IMG/VR virus record: IMGVR_UViG_3300028591_000075
Location: 189,313-253,312 of that record
Strand: one strand, 5' to 3'
DNA: 64,000 nucleotides
DNA from: a virus
Lineage: Duplodnaviria; Caudoviricetes
Part shown: positions 38,758 through 48,082 of the stretch, in pieces
Numbering within the stretch: the stretch's first letter is position 1
Layout of the letters: the number at the start of each line of letters is the position of its first letter
Translations under genes and position numbers: made by a program
Notes under the pieces: generated by a model
Told to the model about the DNA's origin: nothing
Database searches by the model: none
What the model saw: only the letters and a program-made list of their open reading frames with translations

Positions 38758-39477
38758 ATGAACAAGCGCAAGAAAAAGAAACTTTTGGAAAGCATAGAGG
38801 TCGCAAAGGGACTTCTGAAAAACTTCATCGACATAGATGATGTCATTTCCCCAAAGGGCAGACAGCCGTTCTATGTACCGCCAGAAGTGGCAAAGCCGAA
38901 GCCGGCTCCCGGTTTCAGCTTGCCCCATCCGGATGTTCCCGCGAGGGAACGGCCCACCTGGTGCGATACCATCAAGATTGGCAATGCCATGTGGTCGCTG
39001 GCTGACCTCGACTATGTAGATTGCGAGGACATCGACCGCCCCGGTTCCGGCATCAAGTTCTACCGTGGAGTCTACTATTACACCGCGTATGCCGCGAAGC
39101 GTATAGTCGGCAAGCTAGATGGATGGCATATTCCGACTGTCGGGGAATGGCTCGATGCGAAAGCAAACTCGTATTTCAACCAGGAAGAATTTCGCAACGT
39201 GCCGATTGATGGTGTCGATAGGCAAACAGAGGCCTGGCATGTCCGACGGCTATCGATGCTACTTGGCGTTCTACCGCTTGGACAATTCGATACCATGTTC
39301 CCCCATGCCGAGGATCCTCTGGAATTTGGTGAGCATGCCTATTATCACACTGCCGACAGTAGCATGATAATGTTTTCCAGTTCGCTCAGCGTCATGAGCG
39401 CATGGGCACTTGGTGGATGGAACCCCAAAGGAAAGTACATGCCGGTCCGTCTCGTACGGGATGCAGATAAGGCTTGA
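38758..39477 (+). CDS. FISUMP/Fib_succ_major-like domain protein with basic N-terminus
   Basis: TIKIGNAMWSLADL..GVYYY..GWHIPTVGEW..PVRLVRD. Leaderless promoter TTGCCG-17-TATATT at 38723-38751. Confidence 0.65.
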   Translation: MNKRKKKKLLESIEVAKGLLKNFIDIDDVISPKGRQPFYVPPEVAKPKPAPGFSLPHPDVPARERPTWCDTIKIGNAMWSLADLDYVDCEDIDRPGSGIKFYRGVYYYTAYAAKRIVGKLDGWHIPTVGEWLDAKANSYFNQEEFRNVPIDGVDRQTEAWHVRRLSMLLGVLPLGQFDTMFPHAEDPLEFGEHAYYHTADSSMIMFSSSLSVMSAWALGGWNPKGKYMPVRLVRDADKA

Positions 39478-39509
39478 CAAGTTGAACATCAATACATATA
39501 TTTGACAAC

Positions 39510-40349
39510 ATGAGCATTCTTCAAATTACAGATATCCATATCAACGGCGAATACAATGGCCAGTTTGATGTAAAGAAGCACTTCAAGCAGATACTTGAAG
39601 CAAACAGGACCCGCGATTTCGATGCAATCGCCCTTACAGGTGACCTTGCCGACGACGGCTCCTATGAGGACTATACCGAAATTTTCAACCAGGTGGAAGA
39701 AACTTTCGGCAACGGGACCCCAATCCTGGCCATTCCGGGCAATCACGACAATCGAGAACACCTGGACCTTGCCTACATGGACTATATCAACCGTGAGCAC
39801 AACTTCAAGCCGGGAACATACTTGCAGCGTATTGGCGGAACTTTCGAGGAACCCGGTAAATGCGTGGTTATCCTTACGCTCCCAGGTATCCTGGCCGGCT
39901 CAGGAAACACGAAGCTCATTGCCATGGACAATGCCCACAAGGAGCTTCCGCACCAGGGGCTCGAAGCATTTATGGACCACGAATGGAACCGCAAGAGTGC
40001 TGACAGTTATACGCTCTTCATGCACATGCCGCTGATTAAGCCATTCCACAGGTTCATGAATGTCGATGCCCATTCCATCGGCGAGGATGCCGCAAAGACA
40101 TTCCTGTGGGCGCTCAGGGACTTTTATTTCCGTGGAATTATCTGTGGGCACTATCATTGTGCGAGCGTAACCAGCTTTAACGATTTTGTCCAGTTCGTCG
40201 CGCCGGCATCCCAGTGCCAGCTTGACCCGTTCACCAAGGACTGCACACCGAGTGGAAATTATCCGGGATATGCCATCATCTGTCCGGGTATGCATGAGAT
40301 GCACATGTGCAAGTTCCACTATATTGTCGAGGATGAAAATGGCAACTAA
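39510..40349 (+). CDS. CpdA/Icc-like cyclic-nucleotide phosphodiesterase (metallophosphoesterase)
   Basis: QITDIH, LTGDLADDG, PGNHD, FMHMP, CGHYH, PGY. Promoter TTGACA-17-TATATT at 39474-39502. Confidence 0.8.
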   Translation: MSILQITDIHINGEYNGQFDVKKHFKQILEANRTRDFDAIALTGDLADDGSYEDYTEIFNQVEETFGNGTPILAIPGNHDNREHLDLAYMDYINREHNFKPGTYLQRIGGTFEEPGKCVVILTLPGILAGSGNTKLIAMDNAHKELPHQGLEAFMDHEWNRKSADSYTLFMHMPLIKPFHRFMNVDAHSIGEDAAKTFLWALRDFYFRGIICGHYHCASVTSFNDFVQFVAPASQCQLDPFTKDCTPSGNYPGYAIICPGMHEMHMCKFHYIVEDENGN

Positions 40350-40581
40350 GTACCGTATCGTCAAGCGCGAATGGTTCGATACAGATGACAAACTGCATGT
40401 CAGGTTTGAACCGCAGTACCGTTTCCTCGGCATTTTCTGGTGCGGCTTCTCGGACCATGATTGCGATTCATCCTGGAACCGTCATTTCAGGACACAGCAG
40501 GAGGCCGAAGCATTCCTGGCCGAAGTGGAACGAATGGGCGGTTCTACATCAACATCCACAGTAGTCGCGGAGTACCGATAA
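40339..40581 (+). CDS. Small hypothetical protein
   Basis: MATKYRIVKRE..FEPQYRFLGIFW, overlapping operon packing. Confidence 0.5.
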   Translation: MATKYRIVKREWFDTDDKLHVRFEPQYRFLGIFWCGFSDHDCDSSWNRHFRTQQEAEAFLAEVERMGGSTSTSTVVAEYR

Positions 40582-40904
40582 TGGCAGCAGAATTGAAAGA
40601 CCCGTGCTTTATCCCCAATGTGTTCTATGTAATCGTGCAGGACCTTGTCGAGGAAGACACGAAGTTCATCAAGGACATCTGGGTACAGTCTAGGAAGGAT
40701 GAAAACGGCGAGTACGAGGTCGGTCGTCCATATGAAATTGCGAAGACCGATGAAATCCATGAAGCGAAGGTGTATGAACGCCTGGATGATGCGCTGATTG
40801 TGATTTACGCCCTTACCAAGGCATTCAAGACGAATACGAACGTCAAGGGTTTCCGTGTGTACCAATTCGAGGAGACCCTCAAACGTGTCGAACAAATCCC
40901 CTAG
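40581..40904 (+). CDS. Hypothetical protein
   Basis: TAATG overlap, GGAG RBS. Confidence 0.5.
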   Translation: MAAELKDPCFIPNVFYVIVQDLVEEDTKFIKDIWVQSRKDENGEYEVGRPYEIAKTDEIHEAKVYERLDDALIVIYALTKAFKTNTNVKGFRVYQFEETLKRVEQIP

Positions 40905-41076
40905 TCTTGATGATGAGATAGCAAGATGGCATAGGTTCAGCGATGGCGCCATAGGCAGCAAGTTTGCCCTGATGACGCTTTTCCTTGCCACCACTCCACC
41001 CGAATTGCGCGAACAGCTTCGCGAAACAATCATATCTGAAACGGAGAAATGATAAATCTCCGGCCAGAGGAATTTT

Positions 41077-41220
41077 ATGAAGAAAGCATACATTAAACCG
41101 CAACTTGAAATTCTCGACATGGAAGCCGGCACTGCTTTGCTCTCCGGTTCCGGTGACGATCCGTACTGGGTGCCTCCCGAAGAAAAGGAGGGTTGTGAAA
41201 CCCCCTGGTGGTGCCCGTAA
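41077..41220 (+). CDS. 47-aa RiPP-precursor-like peptide (not in ORF track)
   Basis: GAGG RBS. MKKAYIKPQLEILDMEAGTALLSGSGDDPYWVPPEEKEGCETPWWCP with a YxxPxL leader. Confidence 0.6.
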   Translation: MKKAYIKPQLEILDMEAGTALLSGSGDDPYWVPPEEKEGCETPWWCP

Positions 41221-41298
41221 ATAGCCACAATTAGTGTCATGAAGCGGAAACTGCGACGACGAGTTGCAGTTTTCTTTGTTTATTGCTATATTTGGTGT

Positions 41299-41919
41299 AT
41301 GGAACTAATCAGAGATAATTACGAAAAAATCAAGGCCTGGATTGCGTCCCAGGAACTCAAACCCCATGAAGCCTACCATGTCATGTGGCTCAAGCGCCGA
41401 AAGGACGGCGTGACCGACAAGGGCTCACAGGCCGGTAAGCACTGGTTCATCCACAATGTGGCTGAACTTGAACGTATCAAGAAGAGCATGCTCGAACATG
41501 TTGAGGAAGGTGGCCGCATCGTCATCGGTATCAACAAGAAGGACATCCGTCGCGTGAACGTGGAGCTCGCCCATTACCTGGGCCTCTGTGAACTCGATGG
41601 CCAGTTTCCTTTCGCGAGTGTCGAATACCCGTCCGTTTTCGACAAGTGCCGTCCCAGTGGCCGCGGCATGCACTTCATTGACGTTGACTGTGGCGAGAAT
41701 GACACCGATGAAACCATGCTGGCCAGGATTGAGGAATATCGCAAGTGTCTGCGGGATGAATGCCGTCCGTTTGGTGAGGACAAGGTTTCCCTCATTCTCA
41801 AAAGCAAGACCGGCTACCACGTCATCTTCCAGAGATGTGATTATCGGCCTTTGACCGACAAGTACCATACGGACGATGTGAAGGCTGACGAAAACACCTG
41901 TATTTACATTGTGGCATAA
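41299..41919 (+). CDS. Hypothetical protein with AEP/primase-polymerase-like motifs
   Basis: FIDVD (hhDhD) and SKTGYHVI (sxxGxH). Leaderless promoter TTGCAG-17-TATATT at 41264-41292. Confidence 0.45.
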   Translation: MELIRDNYEKIKAWIASQELKPHEAYHVMWLKRRKDGVTDKGSQAGKHWFIHNVAELERIKKSMLEHVEEGGRIVIGINKKDIRRVNVELAHYLGLCELDGQFPFASVEYPSVFDKCRPSGRGMHFIDVDCGENDTDETMLARIEEYRKCLRDECRPFGEDKVSLILKSKTGYHVIFQRCDYRPLTDKYHTDDVKADENTCIYIVA

Positions 41920-41929
41920 AGGAGTAAAA

Positions 41930-42139
41930 ATGAACGTAATCGTTGTAATCGCGGTAATCGCAATAACCCTCTCTGTAATCTTCTGGCTCACCGGAAAGTT
42001 CTGCATGCACAAGTACGAAATCATCGACAAGCAGGACCAGGGATTTGGCCCGGATGACAAGTGGCCCAAGGAACGCACCTACGTGTCCCGTTGCGTCAAG
42101 TGCGGCAAAATCTGCACCAAGAAGGTGAAGCTGAGATGA
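41930..42139 (+). CDS. Small membrane-anchored zinc-finger protein
   Basis: AGGAG RBS, TM helix, CMH...CVKCG. Confidence 0.5.
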   Translation: MNVIVVIAVIAITLSVIFWLTGKFCMHKYEIIDKQDQGFGPDDKWPKERTYVSRCVKCGKICTKKVKLR

Positions 42140-43044
42140 TGGATGTAAAAGTAAAAGTGTACGCCAAGGACAAGGCGCCGGCTTTCAACCAAAATCGCCC
42201 TGGGGTAGCCAAAGTTGATGTATATCCTTTCACCGAAGATGGTGATAAGATTATAAAGCACTGCACCAACTTGTTCTATGGGCAACGAATGGAAGACGAG
42301 GCCTTCTACGAGCTCGTAGACGGCCCGGACAAGGCACCGTCGGGTACTGTTGGAATCCTGTTTACCGGCGGAATGGATAGCACCCTCCTGGCTGTCCGTG
42401 CTCTCCGGGAAGGAAAGCATGTCCTGCCCATTATCAACCTGTTCAACTGTGACTGCAAACAGTTCAACCTGCTTACTGCGGTTGTATGGCATGAACTCCG
42501 AGAGAAGTATGGATATCTCATGCTTCGCCCGTGCTTCTGCCTGAAAAACGTGCAGTGCGACGTGATTCCGCATTATTTCTCCGGCATGTTCCAGCAGCCC
42601 ATCAACATGTTCTCTCTCGGGTACATCCCGGAGCCGACACTTGAAAATCTGTCGTCGATCCAGGCCGGCTTCGTCAAGGGTGACGATGCAATCCCCTATA
42701 TCCCGGAGATGCGTAGGCTGTACAAGTCCGTATGGAAGTTGTCGCATGGGACGAAGCATCCGGGACATCCGAGCATCCCGCTTACCCCGTTGCTGTTCCC
42801 CCTACAGGATACCGAGAAGGCCGATATCAGGAAAGAACTGGAATCGTATGGCGATGAACGCTGCACATTCTCGTGTGAAGATCCGAGAATTGACATGATT
42901 GCCTGGGAAGATGGCTATGGCATTATACGCATTCGCGAATGTTGCCAGTGTCATTCATGCAGTCGCAAGGAAGCATACGAACATCCGTTCAAGGTTATGG
43001 ACATCGGTTTCCGCCACGACGGAAGCATTGGAAAGAAGGAATGA
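42136..43044 (+). CDS. QueC-like PP-loop ATPase (adenine nucleotide alpha-hydrolase)
   Basis: PP-loop LFTGGMDST, FPL..EKADI, C-terminal SCE..CCQCHSC zinc site. Confidence 0.65.
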   Translation: MMDVKVKVYAKDKAPAFNQNRPGVAKVDVYPFTEDGDKIIKHCTNLFYGQRMEDEAFYELVDGPDKAPSGTVGILFTGGMDSTLLAVRALREGKHVLPIINLFNCDCKQFNLLTAVVWHELREKYGYLMLRPCFCLKNVQCDVIPHYFSGMFQQPINMFSLGYIPEPTLENLSSIQAGFVKGDDAIPYIPEMRRLYKSVWKLSHGTKHPGHPSIPLTPLLFPLQDTEKADIRKELESYGDERCTFSCEDPRIDMIAWEDGYGIIRIRECCQCHSCSRKEAYEHPFKVMDIGFRHDGSIGKKE

Positions 43045-43436
43045 AATACCTCCAGTTGATGGCATACGGTTCCGTGATAGGCAACTTCCTGTACAAGTCG
43101 TTCATGAAGCTGTCCTTCCAGATTACCGGCAAGAAGGAAACCGTCTTTTACATCCATTATGGAACTAGTGATGATATCATTAGGGAAGAGGTGGTCATTA
43201 TACTCTATGTCGGCAAACTGGCTGATTTCAACGATTTTAACTGGTTCCTGCGAGAAATCGGCAAGTGCATTACCGCGCCCGGATGGCGCATGAACGAAGC
43301 CATCATGAGGGATATGATACCAACGTCCCGTTGGGGCGACGACATGGACGGCCTGGACAGGTGCCTGCTGAACCAGCATGAAATCGACAAGTTCAAGAAC
43401 GCCTACTATACCGTGGTGGGGCCTTCATGCGACTAG
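43041..43436 (+). CDS. Tandem paralog family member 1
   Basis: N-terminus MKYLQLMAYGSVIGNFLYKSFMKL. Confidence 0.55.
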   Translation: MKYLQLMAYGSVIGNFLYKSFMKLSFQITGKKETVFYIHYGTSDDIIREEVVIILYVGKLADFNDFNWFLREIGKCITAPGWRMNEAIMRDMIPTSRWGDDMDGLDRCLLNQHEIDKFKNAYYTVVGPSCD

Positions 43437-43843
43437 AGATACCAATCAAGATCATGTACGGGTGTATTGCCGGACGGTTCGTCCAGAAGGTATTCACCCT
43501 GCTTGCCGGCAAGCGCGGCTCCCTGCACGGGGACAACCAGATTGTCGGCGTGTTCGCCGTGTACACCGATACGACATCAATCGCACAGGACCAGTATCTC
43601 CTTATTGGTAACGCCGAGTACGAGAAGATAATCTACAGGACCCCTACGGACATATTTGAACTTCTGCGGGAAGCCTCCAACATGCGGTCACAACGATGGG
43701 AATGCGATCACATAGATGTGCTGTCACTGATCAACTATCCCGACTCGTATGGGTCAATAACGAGTACCGGTGCCTCTAGCAGATTTATGGACCAGAAGAC
43801 ACAATATGCCGTAATCAGGGCATTCAAGGAGTTTGCTACATGA
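43427..43843 (+). CDS. Tandem paralog family member 2
   Basis: N-terminus MRLEIPIKIMYGCIAGRFVQKVFTLL. Confidence 0.55.
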   Translation: MRLEIPIKIMYGCIAGRFVQKVFTLLAGKRGSLHGDNQIVGVFAVYTDTTSIAQDQYLLIGNAEYEKIIYRTPTDIFELLREASNMRSQRWECDHIDVLSLINYPDSYGSITSTGASSRFMDQKTQYAVIRAFKEFAT

Positions 43844-44274
43844 GTGTCAAGAACCTATCATTGGCTTTCTATTCAGCAATATTTACCGCGTTTGTCATGA
43901 AGCTGGCCGACAAGTTCAAGATGTCCTTTCGAGGTTCCGAGCCAATGTTCCACGACTGCCAACCTCCTTATACGGCGGTGCATTTCACAAAGACCTGGAA
44001 AACGAGCGATGGACGCATTCGGTGCGATGCCAAGTCGGTCGTCCTCGGCCCGGAATTGAATACATGCGAGCATAGGCAGAAACTGTATGAATTCTGCCGG
44101 ACAATCAACTGTACCGGCGGATACGGGTTCAGCCATACATCCTCGATATCCTGGGAACTTCCCCCGGACGTTCGCGTCGGCGATGTTTCCAAGTTGGAAG
44201 ATATCATGACGCGCACCGATATCCTGCATATTGTCGGTCGCTACTATGAACTGCTTGCCCAGGAGAACGCATGA
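43840..44274 (+). CDS. Tandem paralog family member 3
   Basis: N-terminus MSVKNLSLAFYSAIFTAFVMKLADKF, VLGPELN. Confidence 0.55.
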   Translation: MSVKNLSLAFYSAIFTAFVMKLADKFKMSFRGSEPMFHDCQPPYTAVHFTKTWKTSDGRIRCDAKSVVLGPELNTCEHRQKLYEFCRTINCTGGYGFSHTSSISWELPPDVRVGDVSKLEDIMTRTDILHIVGRYYELLAQENA

Positions 44275-44723
44275 AATACTTCAACCTGTCCGTCTTTACC
44301 ATGATAATCACTGCATTCATCATGAAGGTTGTGCGACTTGTCCGTGGCAAGAAGCGTCCGGGTCTGGTGCCCAATGGTCTCACGTCCGATGAATGGGATT
44401 ATGCCATGTCCCAGGCAAAGATATGCCGGGAAATGGAACTGGTACTCCAGATAAGTAACGGCAGCAGTGCCGTTAGTATTGATTGGGTACTCGGACCAAG
44501 TCTGGGTGACGCTGCTGACCTGAATTTCATGCACTGGTGCTGGCGTAACCTTGAACAGTTCAACGGGTTCTACCTCAGTGGAATAGATAAGCGCCTGGTC
44601 CCTAGGGGAAGGGCGCATACCATGAATCCAGAGTGGCCCCTTTCCATCAAGAACTGGTCGGACATGGCGAATGTCTACAATGCCCTGATGCACCAGGCGG
44701 AAATGAGGGAACGGGCGAAATGA
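44271..44723 (+). CDS. Tandem paralog family member 4
   Basis: N-terminus MKYFNLSVFTMIITAFIMKVVRLV, VLGPSLG. Confidence 0.55.
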   Translation: MKYFNLSVFTMIITAFIMKVVRLVRGKKRPGLVPNGLTSDEWDYAMSQAKICREMELVLQISNGSSAVSIDWVLGPSLGDAADLNFMHWCWRNLEQFNGFYLSGIDKRLVPRGRAHTMNPEWPLSIKNWSDMANVYNALMHQAEMRERAK

Positions 44724-45181
44724 GTCGTTACATTACATTGTCTGCGTATTCCATGATTATCACTCGGTTTTTTATCAAACTTCGTGAAAAACTATTGAAA
44801 TATCGGTATCCGGAGGCACAGGATAGATTCATAAGGTCCATTGGGGTGGATCCTGATGAATACATGTACGCGGTGAAATGCGCCAATGTTTCTGATGATA
44901 TGAAAATTCTTCTTTGGTTTGAAGAATACTGCGACGGCGGTGTGAAAAAAATGAGGTATGCCGAGGCCGGACCTTCGCTTGGCTGCGTCTGTGATGAGCT
45001 CCTTACTAAATGGTGCAACGAGCGACTTGGAACTTACGGGCCATATACATTCAAGTTTTTTGATATACAGGGTCACAACTGGTACAATGTCACCCAGCAG
45101 CTTACTCGGATACCTATCGCATCAAATGACTTAAGTGACCTTGTTGCACTGTATTCGGCTCTGAGACCCAAGATAAAGTAA
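44720..45181 (+). CDS. Tandem paralog family member 5
   Basis: N-terminus MSRYITLSAYSMIITRFFIKLREKL, AGPSLG. Confidence 0.55.
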   Translation: MSRYITLSAYSMIITRFFIKLREKLLKYRYPEAQDRFIRSIGVDPDEYMYAVKCANVSDDMKILLWFEEYCDGGVKKMRYAEAGPSLGCVCDELLTKWCNERLGTYGPYTFKFFDIQGHNWYNVTQQLTRIPIASNDLSDLVALYSALRPKIK

Positions 45182-45210
45182 AAAGGCCAGAGTCAGCTGG
45201 CCCTTTTCTT
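45180..45210. terminator. Bidirectional terminator
   Basis: AAAAAGGCCAG-AGTCAG-CTGGCCCTTTTCTT between convergent genes. Confidence 0.6.
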
Positions 45211-46591
45211 ATGCACGGCAGTTGTCATCCAGGAAGATGGATATCGCCTCACGCCAACCATGCGTCTTGTTCAGATATTCTTCCAGGATTTCATCCGTTG
45301 TCTCGTCGGTAATCTCTGGAATGCGCCCCTTACCGTCCACGATGGAGCACCTGTCCATGATGATGAGTGTCACTTCGGTGCGCCAGTATTCCGCCTTCTC
45401 ATCTTCATACCCCAGTATTTCCGGAGTTATGAGGGAATTCAGACACACGCATTCATATCGGGTGCCGGCCACCGGTTTTCCGAGCTTCCAGTCGAATATG
45501 TTCAAATCCGCGGTGACATAGCCTTCAAGGTCCATCGCGCTTGCCACGGCTCCTTCGTCATTCCTGATGCCGAATTTCAAGGCAGGGTACTTCTTCCCGT
45601 AGTATTCAACTTCGGTATGCCACATGTAGTACACCGACAGGTGTTCATTGAGGGTTTCCCAGTCATTCCGGCGGGAGTGGAATTTAACGTTCCATCTGTT
45701 GCGTCGAATTAGATCCGGTATCCTGTCGATTGCGCCTGCCCAGAACGGTATTGGTGCCGGTTCATCCTTCTTGCTGGAATCCATGACATTCTGGACGATT
45801 GTACCGACATACCGGCGCTCGAACTCGAAATCGCCAATCTTGACCCTTTCCGCTTCAGCCCATGCGGCATCATGCTGCGTATCGGTGTCCCAACTGTTCT
45901 CGGACACATAGAACAGCTTCTCGTTGTTCTTCCAGTACATCAGGTTGAATGCCGTCTGGTTGCCGAACTTGTGCGCATGGCCGGTGATGATGTGCGCGGT
46001 CTTTGTTGACATGATGGTCGGTATGATTGCCTGGACGCAATGCATGGCGCAACGGTCAGTGAGGAAGCCGAAATCGTCGAACATGATGTAGTTCGGGCAA
46101 AGCCCGCGCCCGTTGCTGTCAGTCACCGGCATGGCCATGATGCGGCTGCGGTTGCGCAGTTCAACATTCGTCTTGCTCCACGCCCTGACACCTGGCTGCA
46201 TCCAGTATGGAAGGTTGATGTACATATCGCGGAATTTGTAGAATTCCCCCTTGCACTCGTCGTTGGTGTCGTTCATGTACAGGATGAGCAGCGGGTTGTC
46301 TGTGAAAATCATCTTCCACATGAGGTAGGCCAGGCAGGTGGTCGTGAAACCGGATTGCCTGTACCAGTCTCCCTTGATGAAGCGGTTGTTGTCCAGTTCC
46401 TGGAGCAACTGCGCCTGGCGCGGCCTCAGGTCGAAAAGCTGCTTCCCGTTGTCCTTGGTGTCGATGTAGCAGTAGTTCCGGATGAAGTATTCGGCGGAAT
46501 CCTTGCACTTGTCGATTTCGAGCTGTTCCCATTCGCTAAGTTCGATGTCTTCCTTTGCCGAGCGTAAGTTATGATATCCACGGTATGCCAT
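45209..46591 (-). CDS. Degenerate T4 gp17-like large terminase ATPase-domain paralog with unrelated C-terminus
   Basis: EIDKCKDSAEYFIRNYCYI, FDLRPRQ, YINLPYWMQPGV..W.K..VEL.N.SRI, GRG. Walker A reads RQSGFTT and Walker B MFDDFGF. AGGAGG RBS. Confidence 0.7.
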   Translation of the reverse strand: MAYRGYHNLRSAKEDIELSEWEQLEIDKCKDSAEYFIRNYCYIDTKDNGKQLFDLRPRQAQLLQELDNNRFIKGDWYRQSGFTTTCLAYLMWKMIFTDNPLLILYMNDTNDECKGEFYKFRDMYINLPYWMQPGVRAWSKTNVELRNRSRIMAMPVTDSNGRGLCPNYIMFDDFGFLTDRCAMHCVQAIIPTIMSTKTAHIITGHAHKFGNQTAFNLMYWKNNEKLFYVSENSWDTDTQHDAAWAEAERVKIGDFEFERRYVGTIVQNVMDSSKKDEPAPIPFWAGAIDRIPDLIRRNRWNVKFHSRRNDWETLNEHLSVYYMWHTEVEYYGKKYPALKFGIRNDEGAVASAMDLEGYVTADLNIFDWKLGKPVAGTRYECVCLNSLITPEILGYEDEKAEYWRTEVTLIIMDRCSIVDGKGRIPEITDETTDEILEEYLNKTHGWREAISIFLDDNCRA

Positions 46592-46729
46592 GTTGGCCTC
46601 CTTTTGTTTCTGCAGGAAAACTAGTACAAATCGCATAAAGTTTTCTGAAAATTACCATAAGTTTTATAAAAGTTTATGTGATTTTTGTCCCAAGTTGCCA
46701 TTCTGTGGCCCAAATGCTACATTTTGAGC

Positions 46730-47731
46730 ATGGAAACCGTGAATCCCATTGTTTTTAACTGCAATGACCTCGTGTACCGCCGCGTGGAAAAGCTGGTCGG
46801 CAAGGGCGAATATGCCTCTGCCATGCTCCAAGTGCTTACCGACGAGAAGGCCTTGCAGCGCAAGCGCAGGCTCAAAATCCTGCCCTTTACCGTGCACGAC
46901 TATGAACAGGACCACCCGAAGGTGGACCTCTCCGCCCCGTTCGGGAACAGCATCAACGTGTACCTGTGCGATTCAATGATTTATCCGAAGCCGACCTGCC
47001 GCATGCGCAAGCTGTCCTACAGGGCGACCGAGTTCCTCCTGTCACTGGGTTCCCCGACCAAGGAACTCCGCATGGAATACCGCAAGCACCTGGTCGATCT
47101 TGCCCATGCAAGCCCGGAAGAGGAGGTGCAGCCGGGTATTCGCGGCTCGTTCTACGAGGAACTGATCGAAATTCCCCTGAACGGCCACTTCGAATACATC
47201 TACCTCATCGCATCCAAGCAGATGTGCTATGTCATCCACCGGCGCGATGTCGCCCAGGGGGACAACGAATACTTCAACATTCCCATTGGCGCCCTCGTGC
47301 GCGACCAGGACATGAAGGGCGCGGACACCGTGTATGACCAGGAATACGACAACGCCGGCACCGGCCAGGTGTTCGATGTCGAGGGACTTCTCGCGAACCT
47401 CTGGATTGCGGAGGAGACGCGCACCTGCCAGACCGTTTCCGAGCCGCAGGAATCCAAGACAGAGACCGACCGCAAGTGCATCTATGCCGGCAAGAAGCCG
47501 TTGAAGCATTCCGTCGCCTACCGGTACATCCACATCACGGATGACAACTGGAAGAAGTATTCCCCGGCGCTTACGAGCACCCGCGAATATAGCAACTTCA
47601 ATGTCCCGTGCTGGCTCGTCCGTGCGCACTATGCGCGTATGCACGGCAAGACCGTACTCGTCAAGGCCCACTTCGCCTACAGGCGCAAGGGAGCCGTCAA
47701 TGAAACCGCAGTAACCGACTACATCGTCTAG
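46730..47731 (+). CDS. Hypothetical phage protein with C-terminal VRAHY..VKAHF motif
   Basis: Leaderless promoter TTGCCA-17-TACATT at 46695-46723. Confidence 0.6.
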   Translation: METVNPIVFNCNDLVYRRVEKLVGKGEYASAMLQVLTDEKALQRKRRLKILPFTVHDYEQDHPKVDLSAPFGNSINVYLCDSMIYPKPTCRMRKLSYRATEFLLSLGSPTKELRMEYRKHLVDLAHASPEEEVQPGIRGSFYEELIEIPLNGHFEYIYLIASKQMCYVIHRRDVAQGDNEYFNIPIGALVRDQDMKGADTVYDQEYDNAGTGQVFDVEGLLANLWIAEETRTCQTVSEPQESKTETDRKCIYAGKKPLKHSVAYRYIHITDDNWKKYSPALTSTREYSNFNVPCWLVRAHYARMHGKTVLVKAHFAYRRKGAVNETAVTDYIV

Positions 47732-47739
47732 GAGAAAAG

Positions 47740-48030
47740 ATGGAAGAAATCAAAATTGCCCCGACCACATTCTATGTCATTGCCGCACACAAGCCAGGTG
47801 ACGGTGGTTTCATAAAATACTGGAAATGCACGCCGACGATCCATAAATGGGTCGATGACATCTCGTTGGCAAAGCATTACAGTGCACCACATGTCGCACG
47901 GCGCGAACTGAATACCGAACACACATATTTCAGGTGCTGGGGAAAGGTCCCCATGATACAGCAATATGGTGACGAGGTAAAGTTCGTCGTGATGGAAGCG
48001 ACCGCGCAGATTGTACTGAAACCGATGTAG
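47740..48030 (+). CDS. Hypothetical protein
   Basis: AGGAG RBS. Confidence 0.5.
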   Translation: MEEIKIAPTTFYVIAAHKPGDGGFIKYWKCTPTIHKWVDDISLAKHYSAPHVARRELNTEHTYFRCWGKVPMIQQYGDEVKFVVMEATAQIVLKPM

Positions 48031-48082
48031 TTGCCGTGCATAGTTTTATTTGCTACATTTGTGGTACAACCGAGGAAGCGCA

